Shown in pieces: positions 15,140-24,776 of a stretch of 55,218 nucleotides of DNA. Source of the DNA: an uncultured Erysipelotrichaceae bacterium (GTDB lineage Bacteria; Bacillota_I; Bacilli_A; Erysipelotrichales; Erysipelotrichaceae); NCBI GenBank assembly GCA_964501425.1, contig CAZCSQ010000001.1:1-55218 (forward strand), in the 5' to 3' direction. The translations under genes were made by a program, and so were the position numbers. Under the pieces are notes generated by a model. The model was not told where the DNA came from. It saw nothing but the letters and a program-made list of their open reading frames with translations, and made no database searches. Position 1 is the first letter of the stretch, and each line of letters opens with the position of its first letter.

Positions 15140-17656
15140 ATGATCTATTCAAAAGCAACCATTGAGAAACTTAACGCTGATATAGAAAGAGATTTCCCCT
15201 ATCTTTTTAAGATAGAAAACGATTTTTCTACCACTCATGAAGGTGTATCACGCTTAGTTATGTTGGATCGATACGCCCAAAAAGATCGTAGATTGAGCAG
15301 TTTAGGGGTTGGTGACATTGTTTTAACTGTCATCAAAGAAGATTTAAAATATCCAGCTCGTGGCATCGGTCTTGTCAAAGAAGTCGATTACACTGAAGAG
15401 ACAGTGATCATCGAAGTAGATGATGAGTTTAGAGCGACACTTGAAGATGACCAAGAAGCGGAAACTGGACTGATCAAAAGACATTTCCGTGATATCGACA
15501 AACCACTTGAAATCTTTTATGAACAGATCGCCAAGCGTGTTGGAAAAGCATTAGCTGGCACTGAACAAACCGAAGAATTAAAGATAAAATACAGTGAATT
15601 ATTTGCGAATGAACTAAAGAACCTTAATGTTGTCCCAGCTGGTCGCGTCTTATATGGCGCTGGTAGTGGAACCAAGGTTACCTATTTTAATTGTTTTGTT
15701 ATGCCGTTTGTGAATGACTCACGTGGTGGTATCGCTGATCATCGTAAAGAAGTCATGGAAATCATGTCGCGTGGAGGTGGTGTTGGAACTAACGGTTCTA
15801 CACTAAGACCAAAGTCGGCTCCAGCAAAAGAGGTCGGTGGGAAAAGTAGTGGTGCTGTTAGTTGGTTAAACGACATCTCTAACTTAACCAATCTAGTTGA
15901 ACAAGGTGGCTCAAGAAGAGGCGCCCAAATGATCATGTTAGCTGATTGGCATCCTGATATCATTGAGTTTATTATCTCTAAGATGCAAAATCCACGTGTA
16001 TTAAAATGGTTATCGGAAAACTCACAAGATGAGATCGTTCGCGAACAAGCAAATCGTAAATTAAAATTTACTCCACTTACACGCATAGAGCGTGAAATGT
16101 ATGAGGCTGTGCTTGATAATAAATCAGCACCAGCCCATGTAGTAGATTATGCTCGGGAAATATTGATCAATGGTGGACAACTTGAAGTTCAACAATCAGA
16201 ATTCTTAAATGGTGCTAATATCTCAGTTACGATCACTAAAGAGCTTATGCACGCTGTTAAAAACGATCTTACATTTGATCTACGTTTCCCTGATCTTGAA
16301 AGCTATACACCACAAGAAAAAGCCGAATATGATCGTTTATGGCATGAAATAGGCGATGTTAGAGAATGGGCAGCTTTAGGACATGGTGTCAAAGTCTATC
16401 GTACAGTAAGAGCTCGTGATATTTGGGATCTGATCTGTTTCTGTGCTACTTATTCAGCTGAGCCTGGTATCTTCTTTATTGATAACGCTAATGAAATGAC
16501 TAACGCTAAAGCCTATGGTCAAAAAGTCGTCGCGACTAACCCTTGTGGTGAACAACCTTTGGCACCTTATAGCGTTTGTAATTTAGCAGCGATCAATCTA
16601 GCTAATTTTGTAAATAAACAAACTGGTGATATCTTATTTGATAAATTAGAAAACAGTGTTCGTCTAACTGTACGCATGCAAGATAATGTTATTGATGATA
16701 CTCCTTACTTCTTAGAAGCTAACCGCGTTCAAGCCTTAGGCGAAAGAAGAGTCGGTCTTGGTATTATGGGTTTACATGATCTACTTATCTGGGCTAAGAA
16801 AAGATATGGTTCTAAAGAATCAATTGAAACGATCGATCAAGTGTTTAAGTGTATCGCTGAAAGTGCCTATCGTACATCAATTGAATTAGCTAAAGAAAAA
16901 GGTAGTTTCCCTTTCTTAAAAGATAACGCTAAATTCATTGAAACCGGCTATATGAAAAACATGAGTGAAGATATTCGACAGGGTGTATTAAAATATGGAA
17001 TTCGCAATAGCCATCTACTAACGATCGCTCCTACAGGATCTACAGGAACAATGATTGGCGTCTCAACTGGCCTAGAACCTTACTTCTCATTTACATATTT
17101 CCGCTCAGGTAGACTTGGTAAGTTCTTTGAAGTTAATGCACGCATCGTGGAAGAATGGTTGTCATTTAATCCCGATCATACCAGAGAAACCTTACCTGAT
17201 ATCTTTGTGAGCGCCATGGAACTAAGTCCTGAAGAACACGCCGATACTCAATGTGCAATTCAACGCTGGATTGACTCATCAATATCTAAGACCGTTAATG
17301 CCCCACGTGGCTTTACTGTTCGTCAAGTTCAAAAGATCTATGAAAGACTATATGATGGTGGTGCTAAAGGCGGAACTGTTTATGTCGATGGATCTCGTGA
17401 TTCGCAAGTATTGACCTTATCAAATGATGAAGATATTACTTGGGCACAAATGGATCTTGTCAGAGATTTTGGCGTAAGTGTAAAAGAAAAACAACCAGAA
17501 GAAAAGAAAACTGGTTTAAGATCAGATCGTCAAGACCGTAACATTGGTATTGAAGTTGGCGATATCTGTCCTATATGTTTAGAAGGTATAGTAGAAGAAA
17601 TTGGTGGTTGTAATACCTGCACCAATTGTAATGCGCAATTAAAATGTGGGTTATAA
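15140..17656 (+). CDS. nrdJ: Class II (adenosylcobalamin-dependent) ribonucleotide reductase
   Basis: 838 aa with TNPCGEQPL (active-site Cys), SISKTVN and a C-terminal CxxC...CxxC tail (CPICLEG...CNTCTNC). RBS GGGGAGG. Confidence 0.93.
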   Translation: MIYSKATIEKLNADIERDFPYLFKIENDFSTTHEGVSRLVMLDRYAQKDRRLSSLGVGDIVLTVIKEDLKYPARGIGLVKEVDYTEETVIIEVDDEFRATLEDDQEAETGLIKRHFRDIDKPLEIFYEQIAKRVGKALAGTEQTEELKIKYSELFANELKNLNVVPAGRVLYGAGSGTKVTYFNCFVMPFVNDSRGGIADHRKEVMEIMSRGGGVGTNGSTLRPKSAPAKEVGGKSSGAVSWLNDISNLTNLVEQGGSRRGAQMIMLADWHPDIIEFIISKMQNPRVLKWLSENSQDEIVREQANRKLKFTPLTRIEREMYEAVLDNKSAPAHVVDYAREILINGGQLEVQQSEFLNGANISVTITKELMHAVKNDLTFDLRFPDLESYTPQEKAEYDRLWHEIGDVREWAALGHGVKVYRTVRARDIWDLICFCATYSAEPGIFFIDNANEMTNAKAYGQKVVATNPCGEQPLAPYSVCNLAAINLANFVNKQTGDILFDKLENSVRLTVRMQDNVIDDTPYFLEANRVQALGERRVGLGIMGLHDLLIWAKKRYGSKESIETIDQVFKCIAESAYRTSIELAKEKGSFPFLKDNAKFIETGYMKNMSEDIRQGVLKYGIRNSHLLTIAPTGSTGTMIGVSTGLEPYFSFTYFRSGRLGKFFEVNARIVEEWLSFNPDHTRETLPDIFVSAMELSPEEHADTQCAIQRWIDSSISKTVNAPRGFTVRQVQKIYERLYDGGAKGGTVYVDGSRDSQVLTLSNDEDITWAQMDLVRDFGVSVKEKQPEEKKTGLRSDRQDRNIGIEVGDICPICLEGIVEEIGGCNTCTNCNAQLKCGL

Positions 17657-17671
17657 TAACTTATATAGACT

Positions 17672-17702
17672 AAAAACGATACCATAGGGTACCGTTTTTT
17701 TT
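17672..17702. terminator. Bidirectional terminator between nrdJ and the ABC/phosphoesterase operon
   Basis: AAAAA-CGATACC-ATAG-GGTACCG-TTTTTTTT, with one internal mismatch. Confidence 0.7.
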
Positions 17703-17707
17703 ATTTA

Positions 17708-19174
17708 TTAAAATGGCGCATTATCATTCTCAGGTCGTCCATTCATTAATAGACGTCCTGCTTTTGGCATTTTAATAACTTGCAATTTCTTTACATAATC
17801 AAACAAAGCCTCATGCATTGAAATGCCAATATCTTCCCACTTGAAGCGTAAAGCGAAATCAGTAGTATCATTACCACCACCAGCCATATAGCGACTAGTC
17901 GCGATCGTATATGTTTCATCAAGCTGGAGTATAGATCCATCTTCTAACAAGATCTTTTGAACTTTATGAGGACTTTTTTTAGTATTATCAATCTCAACGA
18001 TCAATCCCGAGAAGATAAGTGTGGCGTTATTACCATACCTTTCTGGCATATAGACAAGTTCAAATAAATCCCAAATATCTTGACCCTTAACTTTCGTTAC
18101 CTTGATTGGATCATCAAAACCATTACACATTACAAGATGTTCTTGAGTGATCTTACCCTTAGGCAGTGTCCCACCACAGCTTGTGGCGTTCATATAACCA
18201 ATTTGGGTCTTAGCTGTCGCCTTTAAACAATCACTCATGAAATTACCTAAGGGGCTTTCGTATGATAAGCGCATCGGTAGATCATTTTCATTGATCGCAA
18301 TCACTTCATCGAAGAAGTGAGCATAAGGTTTCGTTACTTTTTCTACAAAATCTTCAATCTCTTTATTATTGATTCTAAAATCACCATGTTCAACGTCAAT
18401 TACCCGTGCACTTTTTCCTACAACTGTACGGGTTTCTGTATCAAATTGTAAGGTCGCATGTGGTAGTGAATCCCCACCAAAGCCACCTTTAAGGACAGCG
18501 GCACCTTTATAGATATCACCATAATCACCTGGTATATGACCACCAATATAACAATCAACACCTAACTCGATTGTATCATCAATAAACTGGATCAATTCTC
18601 CCCCTAACGGTTCAGTATAAAAGGGGAAATGCGTTGCCGCAATAATGATTTCAGCTCCCAATTCTTTTAAAAGAGGCACATATTCATACATAAAATCTTT
18701 AGCAGGTTTAACATAGTATGGCTCAAAAGCACTTCTTTCCACCATGTATGGTGTATATTCAGTAGTCAATCCAATAATGCCTATCTTTATGCCGTCTTTT
18801 TCAAGCATGACATACGGTAGTGTCCCTTGTACTCTTTGATCAGTTTCTTTTTCAAAGATGTTAGCACATAAAACAGGAAAAGGATTGTTTTCAATAGCTT
18901 CCTCTAAAAACTCTTTACCACCATCAAATTCGTGATTACCTAAGGTCATTACATCAGTACCGATCAAATGAAGACCTTCCATCACTGCTTTACCCTTCCA
19001 CAATGATCTTGAAATATTATCTCCAACATCTATAAGTAGCGTACGATCAGGATTTAAACTACGTACTGATTCAATAGCTCCATAAAAACGTAATAATCCA
19101 GGACCTTTTAAACTTTCTTTGAACGTACCATTATAATCAGCATGTCCTAAAATATCAATATTAACTATTGCCAT
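17708..19174 (-). CDS. 5'-nucleotidase/metallophosphoesterase family protein, no signal peptide
   Basis: VGDNISRS and GNHEFD metallophosphatase motifs, a C-terminal 5'-nucleotidase-like domain and a hydrophilic N-terminus (MAIVNIDILGHADYNG). TAATG overlap with the upstream permease gene. Confidence 0.82.
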   Translation of the reverse strand: MAIVNIDILGHADYNGTFKESLKGPGLLRFYGAIESVRSLNPDRTLLIDVGDNISRSLWKGKAVMEGLHLIGTDVMTLGNHEFDGGKEFLEEAIENNPFPVLCANIFEKETDQRVQGTLPYVMLEKDGIKIGIIGLTTEYTPYMVERSAFEPYYVKPAKDFMYEYVPLLKELGAEIIIAATHFPFYTEPLGGELIQFIDDTIELGVDCYIGGHIPGDYGDIYKGAAVLKGGFGGDSLPHATLQFDTETRTVVGKSARVIDVEHGDFRINNKEIEDFVEKVTKPYAHFFDEVIAINENDLPMRLSYESPLGNFMSDCLKATAKTQIGYMNATSCGGTLPKGKITQEHLVMCNGFDDPIKVTKVKGQDIWDLFELVYMPERYGNNATLIFSGLIVEIDNTKKSPHKVQKILLEDGSILQLDETYTIATSRYMAGGGNDTTDFALRFKWEDIGISMHEALFDYVKKLQVIKMPKAGRLLMNGRPENDNAPF

Positions 19175-20004
19175 TATCCCTTTATTCCTCCTCTTGATAC
19201 ACCAGAAACAATATATTTACGACTGAATAAGAATAAGATGATCATTGGTAAAACAACGATCGTTGCGGCAGCCATTAGTCTTTCGTAACGAACTCCACCT
19301 TCAGCAATAAACGCAAAGACTCCAAACGGCAAGGTTCTATTACTTGTACTATTAATGACAAGAACTGTCCATAAAAATGAGTTCCAAGCTGCGATCGTAT
19401 TTAATAAAGCAATCGTAATGATCGTAGGTTTAGCGATCGGAACCATGACCCACCATAAATACTTCCAATCTGAAGAGCCATCAACTTTGGCCGAGTAATA
19501 TAAACTATCCGGTATTGATAAAAAGAAATTCCGCAAGATGTATGTATAAAAAATACTTGCCGTAAACGGTATGACCAACGCAATTAAATTATCCATTAAT
19601 CCCCATTTAGCAATCGTTGTATAGTTGGTGATGATCAACATTTCAAATGGAATCATCATCATCGCGATCAAAATCGAAAATATAATATTACTACCTGGAA
19701 ATTTTAAACGACTAAAGGCAAAAGCGGCTAAGATTGTTGTAAACATCGTGATTGTTACACAGGCTATCGTTACAACTAAAGAGTTTAAGAAATAACGAGC
19801 AAATGGGGCAGTCTTTAAAGCAAATATATAATTCTCTAGGGTAAAATTTGATGGGAAAAAGGTAGGTGGTATCATACTTACTTCTACTTGTGTCTTTAGT
19901 GATGACAATATCATCCATAAGAAAGGAAAGATCATGACAACCGCTCCACACATTAATAACGTTAGAGTCAGTAAATTAGTAAATTTTAATTTCTTTTTCT
20001 TCAT
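19174..20004 (-). CDS. ABC transporter permease (CUT1/MalG-UgpE-like)
   Basis: Polytopic, with an EAA-loop-like segment (YYSAKVDGSSDWKYLWWVMVPIAKP). I prefer the ATG at 20004 (RBS AAAGGTGGG) over the track start at 20031. Confidence 0.88.
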   Translation of the reverse strand: MKKKKLKFTNLLTLTLLMCGAVVMIFPFLWMILSSLKTQVEVSMIPPTFFPSNFTLENYIFALKTAPFARYFLNSLVVTIACVTITMFTTILAAFAFSRLKFPGSNIIFSILIAMMMIPFEMLIITNYTTIAKWGLMDNLIALVIPFTASIFYTYILRNFFLSIPDSLYYSAKVDGSSDWKYLWWVMVPIAKPTIITIALLNTIAAWNSFLWTVLVINSTSNRTLPFGVFAFIAEGGVRYERLMAAATIVVLPMIILFLFSRKYIVSGVSRGGIKG

Positions 20005-20015
20005 AGCACCCACCT

Positions 20016-20939
20016 TTAATAATTCTTCCATTTTCGCTGCATGTACAATTGAATAAGCGTTAAGATCATAACAATAAAGAACAAGGCGATAGCACTAGCC
20101 GCCGCTGTTCCTAAGCGGTACTTAACATAAAATTGTTCATACATAAAATAGATTACTGTATATAACGAGTATGCTGGACCAGGCTTACCATTAAACAACG
20201 CAAATAGTTCATTAAACACCTTAAAACCGGTAATCATATTAACGATCATGGTTAAGCCGATCGTTGGAGCAAGTAAAGGTACTGTAATATAAGCAAATGT
20301 TTGAACTGGTTTTGAACCATCTACTTGAGCAGCGATCAGATATTGCTTATTAATATTTTGTAGTCCCGCCAATAGAAGGATGATCGTAAAAGGCATCATC
20401 GACCAAATACCATAGATAATAAGCGCTATCTTGGCATAACCAGGATTGCTTAGCCAGTTTATTGTTTCTGCACCTAACTGTGATAAAACAAAATTTATCA
20501 GTCCATAATCAAAATTAAACAACCAGCGCCAAACAAGACCTATCGCTATAGCTGATGTTACCAGCGGTAAAAAATAAGCAGTTTGAAAAAAGGCTTGTAG
20601 CTTAGTCTTACGATTTAACATTACCGCTACCAACAATGATAATCCTGTTGATATTGGGACAACCCACAATACATAAGTTACTGTATTCTTTAATCCTAAA
20701 ATGAAGGCTTCATTAGTTAACACAAACTCATAATTACCAAATCCATAAGCAGTAAAACTTCCACTAAGTGCTTTATAGTTCTCTTTTAATGAAATAACAA
20801 ATGCATTAAAGAATGGATAAATAGTAAATATCGAAATAGAAATAATAAAAGGTAATAAATATAGAAGTGGCTTTAAGTAAGTTTTATATGTGATCTTGAC
20901 ATCAGTGTCAACATCGCGTCTTTTCTTGATAAAGCTCAT
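20016..20939 (-). CDS. ABC transporter permease (CUT1/MalF-UgpA-like)
   Basis: Polytopic, with EAA loop LIAAQVDGSKPVQTFAYITVPLLAP. ATGA overlap with the ATPase gene. Confidence 0.88.
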   Translation of the reverse strand: MSFIKKRRDVDTDVKITYKTYLKPLLYLLPFIISISIFTIYPFFNAFVISLKENYKALSGSFTAYGFGNYEFVLTNEAFILGLKNTVTYVLWVVPISTGLSLLVAVMLNRKTKLQAFFQTAYFLPLVTSAIAIGLVWRWLFNFDYGLINFVLSQLGAETINWLSNPGYAKIALIIYGIWSMMPFTIILLLAGLQNINKQYLIAAQVDGSKPVQTFAYITVPLLAPTIGLTMIVNMITGFKVFNELFALFNGKPGPAYSLYTVIYFMYEQFYVKYRLGTAAASAIALFFIVMILTLIQLYMQRKWKNY

Positions 20940-21985
20940 AACAACCGTGTTCCACTTTCCTCTTCAAATAAGAAAATTCCAAAATCTTTCATTCCAACTC
21001 CAACAGTATCCCCTATTTGAATCGTTCTATCTTCTGTGTAAGCTCTTAGACTTCCACTACCATATTGTAGGCGCACTAAGGTGTCTTTCCCCACTTTATA
21101 TTTTTCAAGTATTTCTGCTTCAAATTTCTTTTCTAGATTCAAATTTAGTGCTTCAGCCCGTGATGCATAGACAAGACGTGTTCCTTTTGCGATATCAATA
21201 GCGAACGGAATAACTGAATTTTGTCCATCAGCCACAAATCCACTGCCATTCCAGACACCATGAACTTGATTGATGGTAGGAGTTCCTAAGAAATCAGCTG
21301 TAAATAAATTAACTGGATTATCACACAACTCATCAACTGTGCCAAACTGTTGTTGGACTCCGCGCTTCAGTAACATGATCGAATCTGAGATAGAACTAGC
21401 TTCTTCTTGATCGTGTGTAACGAAGATTGTGGTTACTCCAGATTCTTTTTGAATGCGACGAATCTCTTCTCTCATTTCAACCCGTAGTTTTGCGTCTAGG
21501 TTTGAAAGAGGTTCATCAAGTAATAAAAGACGAGGTTCTTTTATTAAAGCACGTGTAATCGCCACGCGTTGTTGTTGACCGCCAGACAATTCAGCTGGTT
21601 TACGATCTAAGTATTCTTCGATATGTACCAAATTAATGAACTTCATAGCTCTTTCAATTCTTTCTTTCTTTGGTACGCCTCTAATACGAAGTGGGAAACA
21701 AACGTTTTCAAGTACTGTCATATGAGGATATAGAGCATAGTTTTGAAAAACCAAACCCACTCCACGCTTATCAGCTGGTAAATCAGTGACATCTTCATCA
21801 TCAAAGAATATCTTTCCTTCTGTTGAAGGTAAGATACCCGATAGCATATTTAGCATGGTTGACTTTCCGCAACCCGATGGACCAAGTAGTGCGATTAATT
21901 TTCCATCACTAAATTCAGCATTTACATGATCTACAGCTGTGAAATCACCAAATTTCTTTGTTAGGTCTTTGATCGTAACTTTCAT
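20936..21985 (-). CDS. ABC transporter ATP-binding protein (MalK/UgpC/MsmX-like, with a C-terminal regulatory domain)
   Basis: GPSGCGKST (Walker A), LSGGQQQRVAI (signature) and LLLDEPLS (Walker B). The 349 aa length is typical of CUT1 ATPases. Confidence 0.93.
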   Translation of the reverse strand: MKVTIKDLTKKFGDFTAVDHVNAEFSDGKLIALLGPSGCGKSTMLNMLSGILPSTEGKIFFDDEDVTDLPADKRGVGLVFQNYALYPHMTVLENVCFPLRIRGVPKKERIERAMKFINLVHIEEYLDRKPAELSGGQQQRVAITRALIKEPRLLLLDEPLSNLDAKLRVEMREEIRRIQKESGVTTIFVTHDQEEASSISDSIMLLKRGVQQQFGTVDELCDNPVNLFTADFLGTPTINQVHGVWNGSGFVADGQNSVIPFAIDIAKGTRLVYASRAEALNLNLEKKFEAEILEKYKVGKDTLVRLQYGSGSLRAYTEDRTIQIGDTVGVGMKDFGIFLFEEESGTRLL

Positions 21986-23277
21986 TATTTTAATATCTCC
22001 TTCAGAACTCTACCATCGATATCTTCCATCGTTATTCCCATTACAGCAGCCATCGTTGGCGCTTCATCCACCATATCCGCTACTTCAACCACAACTCCTT
22101 GCTTAAAGGCTGGTCCTGCTGCGACAAGCGTTGTTGATTCAACTCGATCTTTGATACAACTACCATGAGTTGCTGCGCCAGTTTTGTGATTACCTGGTTC
22201 TTTAGAACCCCAAATAGATATTCCATCGAAGTCTTCTTTAAACGCTATATTTTTATTAGATTCAATCACAAAGTCAAATGGACCAGCAAGCCCTATTTTC
22301 TCACGCGCTTCTTGGGCATCATACACAAAGGCTAGTGAAATTGCTGGATCAACGATCAATGATTCTAAAAACGCTTTAACCTCTTTTAATAAAAGCTCAT
22401 CGCTTGGATCACTTATTTCAATCAAGCATGCAAGACCGGTCGAATGACCATATGCTTTATATGATTCAATATTTCCTTCTTTATCTAAAGTGATTAATCC
22501 ATTATCCACAAATAACTTGTTGATCTTTAACACATCATGGATATCCGTTTGACCATGATCGCCGATTAACATGAAATTAGTATTATCATAATCACCATAT
22601 CGCTTGATTGTTTCAACCAGGATTCCAAACTCTTCATCATGTTTACGAAGTTGTTCTTTAGTATTTTCATGATATACACCATCAGTATGGCGAACACTAT
22701 CAAGATCACACATCTTAACAAGCATGACATCTGGTTGACCAAAATCTTGGATTAGATCAGGAGCGATCGCCATTGTATATAGATCTAAACTGCGATCATT
22801 ACCTTTAATATAACGACCATATTTCCAGAAATATTTGTCCATGAGATTTTTAGTAGCCGTATTCTCTAAATAACTTTCTGGATTCCATCCTTTATAGCTA
22901 TAAGGAACGATCATTGGCATATTATAAGTATAATCAGCACCACCACTCACCGGCCATGATAAAGAACAAGTCGTCAATCCAGCCTCCATGGCGTAATCAA
23001 GGAAAGTTTTACTTGTGACATCTTTTCTCATACCATGCCATAAAGCACCGCTTTGTGCTCCCCGCTTTAAAATCTCATTATGAGCTATACCATGATTTTT
23101 AACATATTTACCAGTTATGATCGATGTATGACAACAATAAGTTAAAGCTGGACATACCGGTTCAATACTCTTTACATAAGATCCTTTTTCAAATAATTCA
23201 GCGAAATGCGGCAGTGTCTTCATAAAATCAATATCGCTAGCACATAACGCATCCATCATAAATACAAATAGTTTCAT
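21985..23277 (-). CDS. Nucleotide pyrophosphatase/phosphodiesterase (NPP, alkaline-phosphatase superfamily), no signal peptide
   Basis: N-terminal metal-Asp strand (KLFVFMMDAL), the nucleophile motif PALTYCCHTSIITG (PxxTxPxHxSxxTG) and LIGDHGQ. ATG at 23277 has RBS GGAAGG, and the track start at 23307 has none. Confidence 0.82.
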   Translation of the reverse strand: MKLFVFMMDALCASDIDFMKTLPHFAELFEKGSYVKSIEPVCPALTYCCHTSIITGKYVKNHGIAHNEILKRGAQSGALWHGMRKDVTSKTFLDYAMEAGLTTCSLSWPVSGGADYTYNMPMIVPYSYKGWNPESYLENTATKNLMDKYFWKYGRYIKGNDRSLDLYTMAIAPDLIQDFGQPDVMLVKMCDLDSVRHTDGVYHENTKEQLRKHDEEFGILVETIKRYGDYDNTNFMLIGDHGQTDIHDVLKINKLFVDNGLITLDKEGNIESYKAYGHSTGLACLIEISDPSDELLLKEVKAFLESLIVDPAISLAFVYDAQEAREKIGLAGPFDFVIESNKNIAFKEDFDGISIWGSKEPGNHKTGAATHGSCIKDRVESTTLVAAGPAFKQGVVVEVADMVDEAPTMAAVMGITMEDIDGRVLKEILK

Positions 23278-23278
23278 A

Positions 23279-24712
23279 TTACCTTCCATTCTTTTGTAGA
23301 CCAACACCGGGTACTACGATATATGTTTCACCAAGTTCAGGTATAAATTGCACACCATCTTTTGGTAAAAGTCTTTCTGGGTTTAGCGAGTGACAAGGCA
23401 CTAGCATCTTGGGGTTAGTTTCATCAACGAAATATTTAGTTTCGCATGGATAACCATGACCAAAGTATTTCGTATACATGAAATTTACATATTCAAATTG
23501 AGACTTATCCACTAACATCCGCATTTTTTTATACGCTGGATCAAACTCACCAATCGGAATACCCGAATAATGAATATAAGCCGCATCAACTGACGGTAGT
23601 GAGAATAATTCCATAATGTTTGGATAAGTATTTTGTAAGAAATACCCTCTTGGATTTAACTGAATCTCATCAAGAGTGACGATCGTACAATTCTGCAACA
23701 ATTCTTTAAACCAATCTTTATCTTTGATAGTCTCAATATTACGACTATCCGGCACGTAAACAAACGGCTTTATTTGGTGATACTTATAAACGATGTACGC
23801 TGTTTCTGGCTCAAAAACACATAGACGACCGGTTTTCTTAGCCCACATAAAACAATCCTCAACATCATCCATTTCTCGTTCATAGAAATTAAAAACACAT
23901 AATCCTTTGACTTGTTCAATGCGTTTATAAATTTCATCAATATATTGACTATTTGTCAAATAACCATCAACAGGTGTTTTGCATGGTTTGATATTCTTGG
24001 GATTTCCATCTAAATAAGACGACATCTTACCCCAAACACTATCCATAAAGGAAGTAGCTTCACACAATAACACATCTACCTCATCATCCTTCACAATTTC
24101 CATTTGTTTCAAAGTCATTGAGTTATCTTGATCATGTAATGTTATATCACCTGTCCAATGAATCTTAGCACCATCTGGAGTATGTACTAAAAAAGCAAAA
24201 TCATAATGCCCACGATCGCGACATATGATAGGTAATACCTTTATAGCTCCGACCATTATCCATTCATTTGGTTTGAAATGAGTATAATCACGTCCGTTGT
24301 TATCTATTCCTTTACCTATTTCTTCTAAAGCTCTTTCAATAATCTGGGCTTTTTCATGAAGATAAACCGGAATTTCTTTAGCGACAGTACCCATGTTTGA
24401 CATGTGATCTAAATGAAGATGTGATATAAATACAGCTGAGTTATACTCAGTATCCTCGTAAGCAACAACTCCATCATATCCATTCAGATCATCTTTAGAG
24501 TAAAGACCATCGATGGCAGGAAGAGCTTTTAAACGCAGTTTATCTACTAACCAATTCTTGTTTCTTGGCATGACAATACCATCATAAACATCACTTGTTG
24601 GATCATACGCCGATCCCATTTCCAATACAACACGATCTTTACCATATGTTACAGTAAAGACAACTCCACCTATTGTATGAGTACCAGAATACATTTTAAA
24701 CTCTGTATGCAT
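23279..24712 (-). CDS. RNase J-like metallo-beta-lactamase/beta-CASP family protein, no signal peptide
   Basis: HLHLDH (HxHxDH; nt 24404-24421), then VHTPDG and HWTGDI. LLCEATS aligns by eye with RNase J LLSDSTN, and LCVFNFYEREMDDV...GRLCVFEP with IIFATFASNIHRL...GRKVAVFG. GHG and LVPCHS align with beta-CASP motifs B and C. RBS AGGAGG. Confidence 0.7.
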   Translation of the reverse strand: MHTEFKMYSGTHTIGGVVFTVTYGKDRVVLEMGSAYDPTSDVYDGIVMPRNKNWLVDKLRLKALPAIDGLYSKDDLNGYDGVVAYEDTEYNSAVFISHLHLDHMSNMGTVAKEIPVYLHEKAQIIERALEEIGKGIDNNGRDYTHFKPNEWIMVGAIKVLPIICRDRGHYDFAFLVHTPDGAKIHWTGDITLHDQDNSMTLKQMEIVKDDEVDVLLCEATSFMDSVWGKMSSYLDGNPKNIKPCKTPVDGYLTNSQYIDEIYKRIEQVKGLCVFNFYEREMDDVEDCFMWAKKTGRLCVFEPETAYIVYKYHQIKPFVYVPDSRNIETIKDKDWFKELLQNCTIVTLDEIQLNPRGYFLQNTYPNIMELFSLPSVDAAYIHYSGIPIGEFDPAYKKMRMLVDKSQFEYVNFMYTKYFGHGYPCETKYFVDETNPKMLVPCHSLNPERLLPKDGVQFIPELGETYIVVPGVGLQKNGR

Positions 24713-24730
24713 AGATACCTCCTAATTTAT

Positions 24731-24762
24731 AAAAGAGTTATCGCGAAAACGATAACTCTTTT
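24731..24762 (-). terminator. Strong intra-operon stem-loop after the binding-protein gene (attenuating terminator or mRNA stabiliser)
   Basis: A 13 bp perfect stem, AAAAGAGTTATCG / CGATAACTCTTTT, with a 6 nt loop. It lies in the 64 nt gap between the SBP gene and the RNase J-like gene. Confidence 0.55.
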
Positions 24763-24776
24763 AGGTCTTCTAATAA

